A stretch of 64,000 nucleotides of DNA from Cladosporium halotolerans (lineage: Eukaryota): NCBI RefSeq assembly GCF_011745625.1, contig NW_027191465.1:434001-498000 (forward strand), given 5' to 3'. Numbering within the stretch: the stretch's first letter is position 1; each line of letters starts with the position of its first letter. Below, in pieces: positions 32,171-44,620 of the stretch. A program made the position numbers and the translations under genes. The notes under the pieces are model-generated. The model was not told where the DNA came from. It did not search any database and saw only the letters and a program-made list of their open reading frames with translations.

Positions 32171-35100
32171 ATGGCCGACTGCGTCCGCATCGACAACACC
32201 GTGCAGCTGTACGCGCATGAGTGCCGCGGCGGCTTCGACTTCCCTCTGCTTTTCGAAGAATCGATCCTCATTCTCTTGCCGGTGTTGTTGACCGTATTAA
32301 TCGCTGCCGTTCGCTTCCTTTCTTTACTCAAGTCACCCGTTACAACAGCATCAGCATGGATCGCGGCTCCCAAGGCTGTGCGTTTCGCCTGCTTCCTCTC
32401 TCTAGTATCTCGCTGACTTTGGTCACAGTTCTGCTGGACTTGCGTCGCGGTCTTCTATTTTGCCCTGGCTGGAATCTGGGCAACTCCAGGCTCGACTAGC
32501 ACCAAAGCATCCGTCGCCGCAAACGCAGTCGCTGGCGTCAGCTGCCTCTTTCTCGGACTCGTCTCTTTCTTTGAACACACACGTTCTGTTCGGCCTTCAC
32601 TCCTTCACCAATTGTATCTTTTTGTCTCCATCCTTTGCGACATCGCTTGCGTTCGCACGCTGTGGCTTCGCCAGGACTACTCTGCGGTGTCCCACCGCAT
32701 TGCCATTCTCTACACTCTTGTGTTTGTCGTCAAGATTCTCGCGTTTGTGTTCGAATCTTTGCCGAAACAACAGATCCCTGGATCTCCTTACCATGATGCC
32801 AGCCCCGAAGCAAGGGCTGACATGGTCAATCGCGCCCTGTTCTGGTGGATCAACCCGATCTTCCTTCGTGGCTACTCCAATACCCTCGATGTTGGCGACC
32901 TGCCCGTTCTAGACAACTCTCTGAAAGCCAGAAACAGTCACCACATGCTTTCTCAGACATGGGACGCAAACAAAGCCAAAGGAAAGGCGTCTCTCCTAGG
33001 CACAGCTATCACGACACTCAAGTGGCCTCTTCTCTCCGCTGCGCCGGCGCGACTCGCGCTGATTGGGTTCACGTTCGCCCAGCCGGTATTGCTCAAACGC
33101 GCTCTTGCCGTTTCAAGCAATGAGCCCACAGAGTACAACAACAACGTCGGGTATGCCCTCATCGGTGCTTACTTCCTCGTCTACACAGGCATGGCTGTCT
33201 CTCTGAGTCAGCACCAGCACCGCGCTTACCGAGCGATCACTATGCTTCGTGGAGGACTCGTGTCGATGATTTACCGCAAGGCGACGGGGTTGTCGCTCAC
33301 AGATGCCGACCCAGCTAACTCCGTCACTCTTATGAGTGCGGATGTTGAACGTATCGTCCAAGGCTGGTCTACGATCACGGACATGGTTGCGAATCCCATC
33401 GAAATTGGCCTCGCCATCTTCATGTTGCAACAGGAGCTCGGCGTCGCCGTTGCAGTGAACGTCGGTGTGATGGTCTTCGCCCTCCTTGCTTCTCTCGTCG
33501 CCATGGGCGGCATCGGACAGCATCAAGCCAACTGGCTGAAGGCGATTGAGAAGCGCCTCTCTTCAACCGGAAGCATGCTAAGCTCACTTAAGGGCATCAA
33601 GATGATGGGACTTGAGAACGTCCTCATGAACTCACTGCACAGCCTTCGAATGGATGAGATGCGCGACTCTGCAATGTTCAGAAAGCTCCTCGTGGTCAAC
33701 ATGGCTTTCGCATGGCTAGCGCGCGTCTTCTCTCCCATCGCGACCATCGGCACGTTCGTTGCCCTTTCGAACGGCGCCATCTCTACTTCCAAAATCTACA
33801 CGTCGCTCTCTATCTTTGCCCTTGGAACGGACCCGTTGCTGACCCTGGTCATGGCTCTCATGCAGTTTGCCGCGTCCGCTGGATCCTTCGCCCGCATTGA
33901 GGAATTTTTGAACAAGGACGTTGTGCAGCCAACTCGCGCTGCTTCCTCATCTGGTCCGAAAGCCAAGAAGGGTCACCTCAGCGCCACCGCAGTCTCCGTC
34001 AGCGGTGTCTCCGAATACAACGACATCGAGCTTGAGTCCAAGCCTCTAAGATCAGAAGACAGCCAATTGACTTTGTCTGGTTCCGACGCACTGAACGTGC
34101 ACAAAGCCAGCTTCGGTTGGGACACCGAGAAAGAGCCAATCCTCAAGGAGGTCTCCGCGAGCATCGCTCCCGGCACTTTCACCATGCTCATCGGTCCCTC
34201 TGGGTCTGGCAAGTCGACTCTGCTGCAAGCTTTCCTGGGCGAGGTTCCTTGCATGGGTGGCTCGTTGAACGCTCACGTCGACTCTATGGCGTATTGCTCC
34301 CAGTCCCCGTGGCACATGAACGTCAGCATCCGTGACAGTATCACTGCAATGCTTGACTACGATGCGAAGTGGTACACAACAGTGCTGCGCGCATGCGCTC
34401 TTGACAAGGATCTCGAACAGATCTCCGCCGGCGACGACACTATCATCGGTAGCGGCGGCACTGCGCTCAGTGGAGGTCAAAGTCAGCGTATCGCCCTCGC
34501 GCGAGCAATCTATTCCAGGAAGTCTGTCATCATGATGGACGACCCTTTCAGTGGATTGGATGCTTCCACCGAAAACCAGATCTTCCACAACCTCCTTGGA
34601 ACCAACGGCTTGCTCCGCGAAATTGGCACAACCGTCATCGTCGCGTCCTCTTCGGTCAAGCGCGTTCCGTACGCTGATCAGATCATTGTCCTTGATGCCG
34701 AAGGCCACGTTACCGAGAACGGTGACTTTGAGACTCTCGACAAGAAGGGTGGCTACGTCGCTTCTTTCGCTTTGAATGTCCCTGACTGGAACTATAACCC
34801 TGTCGTTGCCGTGATCCCTACTGTTCGCGACATTCCGTTGAAAAAGGAAGAAGCCGTCAAGGAGCACGACAAGTCTCGCCAGGAGGGAGACACAGCTACG
34901 TACCTTTACTACGTTAAATCCGTCGGCTGGACCGCCACCATGATCTTCATTGTCGCCATGGCTGGATTCGTCTTCTGTCTGTCGTTCCCGAGTATCTGGC
35001 TCAAGTGGTGGGCGACCTCATCTGATCCTGCCGGGCAAGAGAACTACTACATGGGCATTTATGCAATGCTTGGTTTTATTGCCATGATTGCTCTCCTTGC

Positions 35101-36670
35101 TGGTTCCTACCAGCTCATCGTCACTATGGTGCCCATCTCCGGTGCCAACTTTCACCGCATCCTTCTTCAGACGACTCTCGGCGCCAAAATGTCTTTCCTT
35201 TCGGTCACGGACACCGGCAGTATCCTTAATCGCTTTAGTCAGGACCTGCAGCTCATCGACATGGATCTTCCTGTCGCAGCCATCAACGTCGTAGCGACGG
35301 GTTTCCTCTGTCTGGCTCAGCTGATCCTCGTCGGTGTCTCCGCAGGCTACGCAGCCATTTCCTTCCCTTTCCTTTTCATTTTCCTCTACTGCATTCAGAG
35401 AGTCTACCTCCGCACGTCACGACAGCTTCGTCTCCTCGACATCGAGGCCAAGGCTCCTCTGTTCTCTCATTTCACCGACACCCTTAAAGGTCTCCCCTCC
35501 ATCCGAGCTTTCGGCTGGCAGACTCCCATGGAAGAGAAGAACTTCGAACTTCTCGAGTACTCCCAGCGACCCTTCTACATGATGTACGCGATCCAGCGCT
35601 GGCTCTCTCTTACACTCGACCTGATGGTCGCCGGCATCGCGGTCATCCTGATGATCCTCGTCGCCTGCCTGGATAGCACCGACACCGCGTACATCGGCGT
35701 GGCGCTCTACAACGTCGTCCTTTTCACGCAGAGCATCAAGATGCTGATCCAGTTCTGGACGAACCTCGAGACGCACATCGGCTCCATCGCCCGCATCAAG
35801 GAGTACCAGGAGAAGACGCCGCGCGAGGAGCAGACCGTCGCCAGCAACTACACCCTGCCGACCACCTGGCCGCAGCAGGGCAAGATCGAGTTCGACAGGA
35901 TCTCCGCCGGCTACTCGCAGACGCACCTGGCCATCAAGGACCTCTCGCTGGACATCCAGCCGGGCTCCAAGATCGGCCTCTGCGGTCGTACAGGAAGGTA
36001 AGCTACACTAATTAATCCTCGTCACATCCACTGAATGGCCACTAACACCCCTCCCAGCGGCAAATCCTCCCTCGCCATGACCCTCTTCCGCATGCTCGAT
36101 CTCTCCGCCGGCCGCATCCTCATCGATGGGCTCGACATCTCCACACTCCCCCGCCACGACATCCGCTCGCGCATCAATTCCATCACGCAAGACGGCGTCT
36201 TCATCCAGGGCTCCGTGCGCGCCAACATCGACCCGCGCGGCATCCATTCCACCGACGCCATCTGCGACGCGCTCGAGACCGTCTCCCTCCTAGAGCTCGT
36301 TGAAGAAAAGGGCGCCGGCGACCTCGAGTTCGACATCGCCGAGCTGCACCTCTCGCAGGGCCAGAAGCAGCTGTTCTGCTTGGCGCGCGCGCTGCTGAAC
36401 CCGAGCCAGGTGCTCGTGCTGGACGAGGCGACGAGCACGGTCGACGAGCACACGGACGAGGTCATGCAGAAGGTCATCAGGCAGAACTTCGGCGGGCAGA
36501 CGATCATCACCGTCGCGCACAGGCTGGAGAGTATCCTGGACCACGACACGGTCGTGGTGCTGGACGGGGGCGAGATCGTCGAGCGGGGCGATCCGTACGA
36601 GTTGTTGGCGAGGGGCGAGGAGACGGAGTTCGGGCGGTTGTGGAAGTTTTTGCAGGCGGAGTCGACGTGA
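32171..36670 (+). CDS. ABCC (MRP-like) ABC transporter, ~1,462 aa, introns 32378-32428 and 35998-36057
   Basis: N-terminal CRGGFDF.LLFEESIL. NBD1: GPSGSGKS, LSGGQ, MMDD. NBD2: GRTG-S-GKS across the intron, LSQGQ, VLDE, VAHRL. Two TM blocks. Divergent from the NRPS. Confidence 0.95.
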
Positions 36671-36762
36671 TAGCGGGGGTGGTTGGATTACATATTTATA
36701 GTTATATCACAAAAAGTAATGTTATTGTCTTCTCAGCACACGCTGCCGGTGAGATCTGGGTG

Positions 36763-37744
36763 CTACGCCGGACTCGTCTCGTCATCACTCTTGCTGCTGG
36801 TCCGTCGCGTGCAGTTCTGGTCATTGTCTTTGCCCATTGACCCATCAATCGTAAGCCCAACGTAAACGCAAATCAGCACTACGACAAACTCCGGGATCAA
36901 CACCATGCAGACCAAGGCAGCCACAGACCCCGAGATAGGATTCCATCGCGAGCCCACCCTCTCCGCCGTGAAAATCGCCAGGCAGAAGTAAACGAGTCTA
37001 ATAGTCAAGAAGACGCTCGCCACGACATTCGCAGCCAAGATCTGAAGCACCGATTAGCGCGCGGACATTGACACTAGACAAATACGCGAAACTCGCACCC
37101 TCCGACTGTTCCTCTCCAGGGCGGGTCCATATCTGCACCAGAGAAAACCATCCCCACAAAAGCTAGCCCCCAGCAGAGCGAGCGAGACGATCGCCCCGGC
37201 TTCCGCGAGTCGCTGGCCGATCCGCACGACATCGGGGCTGTCTTTCTGCGCGTGCATGCGGACGCCCGCGATGGTGAGCGCGAGGGTCGTCAGGGATAGC
37301 AGGCGCAGGACGACGATGGCGTAGTGGGCGCGTTGGTCGCTTGGAAAATCGGTCTTGGCGCTGGACGGGAGGTTAGCGTCATTTTGGTGAGGTGATCGAG
37401 AGGTGGGAGGGTACATTTGGCTGAGTAGTAAGACCATCAATAGGAGTAAGGGTAGGCCGCCGGCGCTCAGGAGGGCGAATGTTGCGGCGTCGACGCCGAC
37501 GTTGGGGTTGGGGGTTAGAGAGGAGAGGGTTGCGCCTGCGATGCGGACTGTTGGTCGATTAACGATGGGCAGAAGGTCGTGAGCATCACTATTTGAACTA
37601 ACTCAAGCATACGAGGACCAACAAGAACCAAGCTGCTGGTGCTGGAGATCTACGCTGCTTGTAGCAGACGAAAACGCAAGCAAGCATCGTTGGAATTAAC
37701 AAGCAAAGAGTCGCTACGCCTAGACTTGACAGAGCGGATACCAT
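36763..37744 (-). CDS. Fungal multi-pass membrane protein (DUF7702-like, tentative), introns 37548-37602, 37361-37414, 37042-37098
   Basis: Spliced reading gives several hydrophobic helices with W..L.L.CL-IRIAG, FLTIRLVY and MVLIPE. Three GT-AG introns with branch-like sites. Confidence 0.65.
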
Positions 37745-38202
37745 CTTTGCAGACACAGATATTCGAAGGACAAGGAAATGTTTGATGAATAGTAAAGCTG
37801 TCAGACGGAATGATGAATAGGCCACCATACGTGCCGACCGTACTTATAGCAAGACTTCAACGGCGTCTCCGTTGGCGAGGCATCTTCACATCCTGACGAC
37901 CGTTGAATCATACCGTTAAGGATGACACCAAGCATGGTTAGTTTGAAGAAATCATTCAGTCGTAACGTCTTATTATTGTCAGCAAACGCTGATAACGAAA
38001 CGCGAATCCGCCAGAGTGGATCGCTGGGCTGAGACCCTGCACGCAATGGCACCACATTGGGCCTAGCGCAAACATTGCAGCTCCACCACAAACCATCACT
38101 CAGGCAGCCTTCTTCCATGCTCGCAATGTGACCAGAATTGGCTACCTCCGCCCGCAGCATTGCATTCGCTTTTCGCACACATGCATCCCAAATTTCTTCA
38201 GC

Positions 38203-39838
38203 ATGGTCGGCGTGCCAAAGCGTGTCCGCGGCTGCGAGTCTTGCAAGAAGCGGCGAGTGACGGTGTGTCCCCTTCTCTCTAGCCTCGTGATTGAGATATC
38301 GCTTACGTCAAGCAGTGCGATTTCTCGCGTCCACAGTGTGCCCGCTGCAAAGGGAGACGATCGTGAGTGTCGTTTCCCAGGCACGTTTACTTTTGTGGTC
38401 AACGATCCTGGGTCGCACAAAAGCGTGTACCGTAAGCCTAGGAAAGAAGCCGCCAAAGCACCCACCAGCCCGGTCGATGAGACGTTGCTTGCACGAAAAA
38501 TTGCCACGCCCTATCATAGCACCGTTGTCGATCCTGAATCGCGGGCTATCAGTCTGGCTCAACCCACGCCGCGTTATGCCTCCTGAGCCTTCACAATGCC
38601 ATAAAGGGTCTCGAACATTAGTCACATGCAACAACAGCTGCTCTCACACGCAGTAAATCTGTTCAAGTCCGATCGACCAACCGATATCGCTCTTATCCAA
38701 ATATGGATTCCGACCCTACAACACTTCGCCGCAACCTCAACCCCACTCAAAGCCTCACCCTTAGCTTGTTGTGCCGCCTGGTTAGCCCGCAGCGATAGCA
38801 ATCCTGCCCTAATCGATTTCAGCCGGCACTTGTATTCTGAGGGACTGCGAGAAGTTCGGAATGCCCTGCGAGCCCCAGACGCTATCCTTGAGGACGAAAC
38901 ACTCGGAGCTTGCCTTGCCCTGGCAGTGTTCGAGGTCATCGAATGCCCTGACAAATGCCGCGCAGCCTACGAGTGGCATCGTCGTGCTTGCGTCCGACTA
39001 GTGCAGATGCGCGGCGCCAAAGCACATCGCGACGGAGTCGGGCATGAGCTGTTTCTCGCCATCCGGCTGCACGGAGTAAGAAGCACCATCAAATCTAACG
39101 CCCAGCCCTCACACACCGCTGACACCTGCCCAACAGATCTTCTACGGCTTCGAACAACGCCGCCCCAACTTCCTCAGCACACGCGAATGGCTCACCGTCC
39201 CCTGGGAACTCCACCCGAAAGACGACCTGCACGCCCTCGCCGACATCCTCGCGCGCGGCCCCGCCCTGCTCCAAAAAGCCGACACGCTAGCCCTCAAACC
39301 ACTCTCGCAAAGCCTCCCCACGCTCCTCACAATCCTCAGCCGCCTGCTCGACATCGACGACGACCTCGCGCACTTCCACCACACGCTCCAAACCAAACAC
39401 CCAGGCCCACTTTACTGGGAATCCGCCACCGAGCCCCCAAACCTGCACTTCCCGTCCCCCAAACTCGCCGCCCTGATCACCCTGCTCTGGTCCCTCGAGA
39501 CAATGGTCTGGTCCTCGCTCGAAGGCATCCACGCCGGGCTCGCGCAGACCCACAGCCTGCCTTACCTCCCTCCCTCCCCGAGAACCGAGCGCTTCACGGC
39601 TCTCGCGCCCCAGGCCCACTGGCAGCACGCCGTGCGGCGCATCGTGCGCAGCGTGGCGTACTGCTTGGAGACCACGAAGAGCACCGCGCCGCCGGGAATT
39701 GGGGTCGCGCTGGAGATCGTGATTGATGTTTTGCGGGGAAAGGGGGAGGGCGCGGGAGGGTGTGTGTTGGAACTGAGGGAGGCGGAGCGAGCGAGGGAGG
39801 AGATGGGGAGGAGGTGGGTGGCGATTCTGTTGAACTAG
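38203..39838 (+). pseudogene. Zn(II)2Cys6 transcription factor gene, apparently disrupted by one frameshift and two in-frame stops
   Basis: MVGVP..GCESCKKRRVT, intron 38263-38315, then CDFSRPQCARC. One extra base at ~38352-38354 shifts away the sixth Cys (KGDDREC). TGA at 38584 and TAA at 38602 lie in the otherwise continuous frame. A fungal TF domain follows (LYSEGL, HRRAC..LVQMRG; intron 39076-39136; FLSTREWLTVPW). Confidence 0.7.
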
Positions 39839-40496
39839 AAGAGAGAGGTGAAGGAGGCTGGGGTCTCCTTCGATCGTAGGTGCCTTTGCATTTGGACTGT
39901 TGTTGATTTGGTGTCGTGGTACCTTGAGCGCAGGTTGCGGAGTGCTGACCTGAATGTTGATGTTGGGGTACGTAGGGTTAGGGTTGGGGTTGCGGAACGA
40001 TACATTTCAACTACGTAGCGAACTCATTCATGAATTAGACTACCTCAACACTGTATTGTGATCTACTATCGACAGAAAATATACCTGTTTTACACAATAG
40101 CCTATACATGCGTTAGCACTATGATATGAGCATTGCGAGTAGCAAACAGGAGCTGTCAACATTTGGAAGGGCGTGGCGGAAATTCCGAGATGCCGGCTCC
40201 GACTCAGCCTGGTCTTCTCGACACCTCCCCACAGCGACACTACCGTACTCTTAATTACCACTGCATAAATATCTTTTTTGGCTGATTGTCCGTTGACCGA
40301 GGGTGTCCGTTTCTGTAAAGAGGGGGTCTTTGAGCGATATCAGTCAAACATCGAGGAACCAGTTTTCCGAAGCACGTGGAGCCAAGACTGAGGACAAAGC
40401 ATTCCCGTCTCCTCTCTGGTATATATCTTTCACGACCCTTGCACGCTCTTTAAAGGCAGTTCTTCGGCCAGGTCGCTCAGTCATCCTTCTCAAATT

Positions 40497-41654
40497 ATGA
40501 GTATCGTCCTCCGCCCAGTCTACTACAACGATGACTGGCAGCGGTGGACCGCACCGCAAAGTCACTCACTCGAGGAAGTGCGCCACTTCCATCGCAGCCT
40601 GCCGAACTACAAGCCAACAGGCCTAGTCAAGCTCGACGATCTAGCACAAGAGATTGGAGTTCGCGCAATATACCTCAAAGATGAAGGGAGCAGATTTGAT
40701 TTACCATCCTTCAAAATCCTTGGGGCGTCTTGGGGCACTTTCAGGGCCATTGCGTTTCAGCTCGATTTGCCGCTCGCCTCAGAGCTGAAAGATCTCAAAC
40801 TTGCGGTCAAGGAGACGCAGATTACCCTTCATGCTGCGACTGATGGGAACCATGGTCGTGCAGTGGCACGCATGGGTCGCTGGCTCAACGTACCCGTCAA
40901 AATTCGTGTACCGTCAGGCATGCACGCATCAACTATCAAGCTCATAGAGTCTGAAGGTGCAAAAGTTATCGTCTCGAATGGAAGCTATGATGACGCCGTA
41001 CTTGAAGCGCAGGCTGCTTCCCACGAACATGGTGGCCTTCTGATCCAAGATTTTGCGTTTGGAGATTACCAGGATATACCTCAAGTGAGTCAACGGTGTG
41101 CGAGACCGAAATCAGCGACTGACAAATCGTAGTGGATCGTCGACGGGTACAGTACCATGATGTCAGAGATAGAGGAGCAACTGGACGGTCAGCATGCCAC
41201 ACATGTGTTTGCCCCAGTAGGTGTTGGCTCTTTCGCTCAAGCGGTCACCTCCTTCTTCCGCCGTCAAGGTAGTAGCACTACTGTCATTGGCGTTGAGCCA
41301 GATGTCGCTGCGTGCTTGAGAGAAAGCCTCGAATGTGGCCGCTCAACTGCAATCAAGACCTCACCAACGATCATGGCCGGTCTGGAATGCGGTACAGTCT
41401 CTACCACTGCCTGGCCAGTATTGAGTCAAGGCCTCCAAGCAAGCATGACTGTCTCTGACTATGAAGCCCATCAGGCTTCAGGATATCTTGGAATGCAAGG
41501 CATATCTGCCGGCCCGTGTGGCGGAAGCACGGTCGCCGCACTTCGACGGCTTTCCTTGGAGGACAAAAAGCGACTCGGCATGACCGCGGAAAGCATAATC
41601 ATCCTTCCATGTACAGAAGGTGCCAGAGAATATGATGTCCCCCAGGAGCCCTAA
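40497..41654 (+). CDS. Diaminopropionate ammonia-lyase-like PLP enzyme (fold type II), ~369 aa, intron 41085-41132
   Basis: KDEGSRFDLPSFKILGASW (PLP Lys), ATDGNHGRAVA, IQD..F..Y..IP-Q-WIVDGY, PVGVGS, TIMAGLECG, CTEG. Confidence 0.9.
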
Positions 41655-41724
41655 TACAGACCACCTCTGCGAACTCGCCTGTGCGTTCACCGCCGGGCCA
41701 AAAAGATGACGGCAATGCCTCGTC

Positions 41725-41910
41725 CGCTCAGCTGAAGCATATAGGCATCAAGAAATCACTACATCGGACCAGCAAGAGACCAGTCAGAAGCTCTTAAAGT
41801 GATCCGTCGAACTTAAAAAGGCGGCGTGCTGACCCATGATGGCCATATCGACGCATTCACAATGATGGGCTGCGATGATGATCGCTTAAGTGGAAAAGTA
41901 AAGGACGGTA
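41725..41910 (+). pseudogene. Degenerate relic of an M20/ArgE acetylornithine-deacetylase domain
   Basis: Reads QLKHIGIKK, frameshift, HYIGPARDQSEALKVIRRT*KGGVLTHDGHIDAFTMMGCDDDRLSGKVKDG. This resembles the M20 N-terminal G.G.SLMLNGHIDTV....DPLSG...DG segment. GHID is at 41841-41852. Confidence 0.6.
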
Positions 41911-42075
41911 TCCCGTCTGAGATTTCGCGGCCAAAAAGCGAATGAATACATACTGAAGAGAAATTGTCGGATACCGAATCAATTAGTGCCTCTCCATTAC
42001 GCTCAACATCATTTCGAAGAACTTTACAAGTATAGAATAGGTCATAAAGAGACGATGGATTTCATGCCTGTACTC

Positions 42076-43956
42076 TCATCCAATGATTCTCTGCCAAACT
42101 TGGCCCACGAACCAGGGAGATCCGGCGTCCGACTCGCGGCGCTCGTGCATTGGCTCAAAGACACCATCAAAAGCAGGAAGCTCTATATTGCGGGCCTCAT
42201 GCCAGAACACAACCTCGTTAATCGGCTTCCCAGCGTAGCTCATGAAGTCAACGTCCGTCACGCACCAGTCCTCGAACATTTTCGGCCTTGTCGGCTCATC
42301 AGGGCGATCTTTGACGATGAGGATCCTCCAGATTTCACCCTGTTTCGTTGTCTCGTTCTTATAAAGCAAGGTTGGGATTAACTGAGCGTGCCAATCAATT
42401 CCATTCCTGCCCACACCTGGATACAGGTAGCGTGGGATCACTGTGCGGAGCATGTCGGATCCGTTGGAGATGAAGTTCGAGATCATCAAGCCCTTCGAGA
42501 GCGTGCTCGTGATTGACAGCGTTGAGTTCAGGGAAGCATGCGTCGCCACAAACCTGCCCGTATAGTCCTCATTGATGTGTGTCCAGACCGCGGCTTCTGC
42601 TGCCCTCACGAGCGTTGTCAAGGTGGGTTCGATAAGCTTTTCGAGGACATCCACATTGCTACCCAAAAGGAACGTGAAACCCAAATTATACTCTGGCAGT
42701 AGAATGATCCGTGAATAATAACCAGGCAGTCCTCCCGATTTGGTGACGAAAGTCACAGGCCGTCTGACGTGCTCGAGGATATCGTCGCTTCGAGAGATCT
42801 CCCAAGGCATGCCATAGAAGTTGGTGACTCCCGTTCCCCAACTGACAGGCAGCAGCCAGTTGACTCCAGTAGCAATCGAGTTAAAATTACCCAAGATGAA
42901 GCGCAGAAATTTGCTCATGTCCGCGGTGGTTGAAAAAAGTCCGCCGGTAGGTCTCTGGACACCTTCCTCCCAGTCCCAGGCATTCTTGCCCTTAGGTAGG
43001 ACGGCGTGCTCATCTGAGGGCTTCTCGAAGGAAGACATGGTCATGTTCAGCGGCTCCAGAATCGCTTGCTGTATGTATTCGCTGTAGCTAAGCCTAGTCA
43101 CGTTTTCGAGCACAAGACCCAATATCTCGAAAGCATCATTTGAGTAGGTGGACTTCTGATTCGGAGCAAATACCGGAGCTTGATGGGTCAAAGCCTTCAA
43201 CAGGTCAGTACGAGTGCAGGTCCCGTTGTTCTTGAGTCCGGGACATGGAAGTGGGAAGTCCGGTGGAGGTTGTGGCAGACCTATTTTGGTCGGGTCCTCG
43301 ATGATATCAAGCGCCGAGCCAATCGCAAAGTCTCTGGGAATGCCCGACCTAGACGTGAAAGTTACTATATCGACCTTAGGAAGCAAAGGGTAGCTGCTGA
43401 AGCGGCGTACAATTGGCTTGCCAGCATCCTCAGGGTGATGTCTTTCCAAGGTATCAATCCGGAGCTCGGGCTTGCGAGTTCCGAGATGTAATTGTCCACG
43501 CTGTCATCGAGACTGACGTTGCCCGCCTCGTGTTGGTACAATAAGCCGAGGGTTGTGAAGACCTTTGTGATGGATGCCAGCCGATATTGACTGTTTGAGT
43601 CCACACGGGAGACACCAGGTCTTTCCACATCAGATTCTTGCGCGGTATGATGCTTAGACCACAAGGTCTCGTTCCCAGTAGTGATTTCAATGGAAAATGA
43701 TGTTTCTGCAGGGAAGGTTCGAGCGATTTTCCAAATCGCCTTTTCCAGGCCCAGAAACACACCATTCGGTATCCATGGACCTGAATGCTTGATGATCGCG
43801 AGTCTATAAGCAAGCAGAACTGGATAACGCTTGGGGCAATGGCGGAGGCAGTACCTTATGCCACTTCGGAGTAGGGAATGCGGGAGAGGGTTCGAAGCAT
43901 TCGGCGTTGGCGGCACCAAAGAACGTCAGAAGAGAGAGCAGCCCTGGAACAAACAT
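42076..43956 (-). CDS. Secreted beta-lactamase-fold serine hydrolase (alkaline D-peptidase-like family); intron 43349-43410 plus a 5' intron starting ~43854 with uncertain acceptor
   Basis: Signal peptide MFVPGLLSLLTFFGAANA followed by ECFEPSPAFP. Catalytic motifs SITK (SxxK), YSN and KSGG. ITLRMLASQL-SGIPR is rebuilt by splicing. Confidence 0.85.
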
Positions 43957-44620
43957 GATGAAGGCTTGAGATGGCAGGGTCTTGTCACAGGTAACAAGAA
44001 GTGTTGATACTCCGGAGCAAAGAGCTCAGCCGTGTGCGGCTGACATGCCCCACTTTTCTCGTTCCTCTGGAGCTTATCGCAACAGGCATCCATCCTTGGA
44101 CACATGAAAAATGATATCAACCTTCTATTACCGCTCGAAGTATGGGCGTCGCTCTACTTCGGTCTCTCTGCATATTTCGTCGCAGATACCAACGTGACCT
44201 GCCATGCGTCCGCACGTTGCTGATACCACCTAGACCGAATACAGAATGTCCAGCCGGAGACGCGCATCTCATGCGAGTTTCAACTGTATCACGCGGAAGT
44301 ATGGCAATGTTAGCGTTCATGAGAGTGCGGGGACAAGGTTACATTATGGCGATAAGCCTTCCCGTTTGGACGTGCTTCGGCATGCTGTTTGGCGAGAGGC
44401 CGTCGTATTCGAGATAAGCTTCTGGCCGAGGTAGGGTTTCTGGAGGCAATGCTTTATATCACGTTCAAGGATCCCGGACATGTTACTGATCGCTCTGGTG
44501 AAGAGCAACACTCTAGAGATTGATATGCAGCTTGGATGAGTCCCATTGCCTGTATCACTACATGCTCTCACATCAACTCTCTCGGTGAAATCAACCACTA
44601 TCCACACTATCAGAACAATC

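Noticed and set aside
38584..38604. Stop-codon rescue of the TF by A-to-I editing or readthrough
   Set aside because: Would not repair the upstream frameshift in the zinc cluster; simple decay is more parsimonious.
39973..39991. Telomere-like TAGGGTTAGGGTTGGGGTT
   Set aside because: Only about two canonical units within a G/T-rich 3' flank; too short to call an interstitial telomere.
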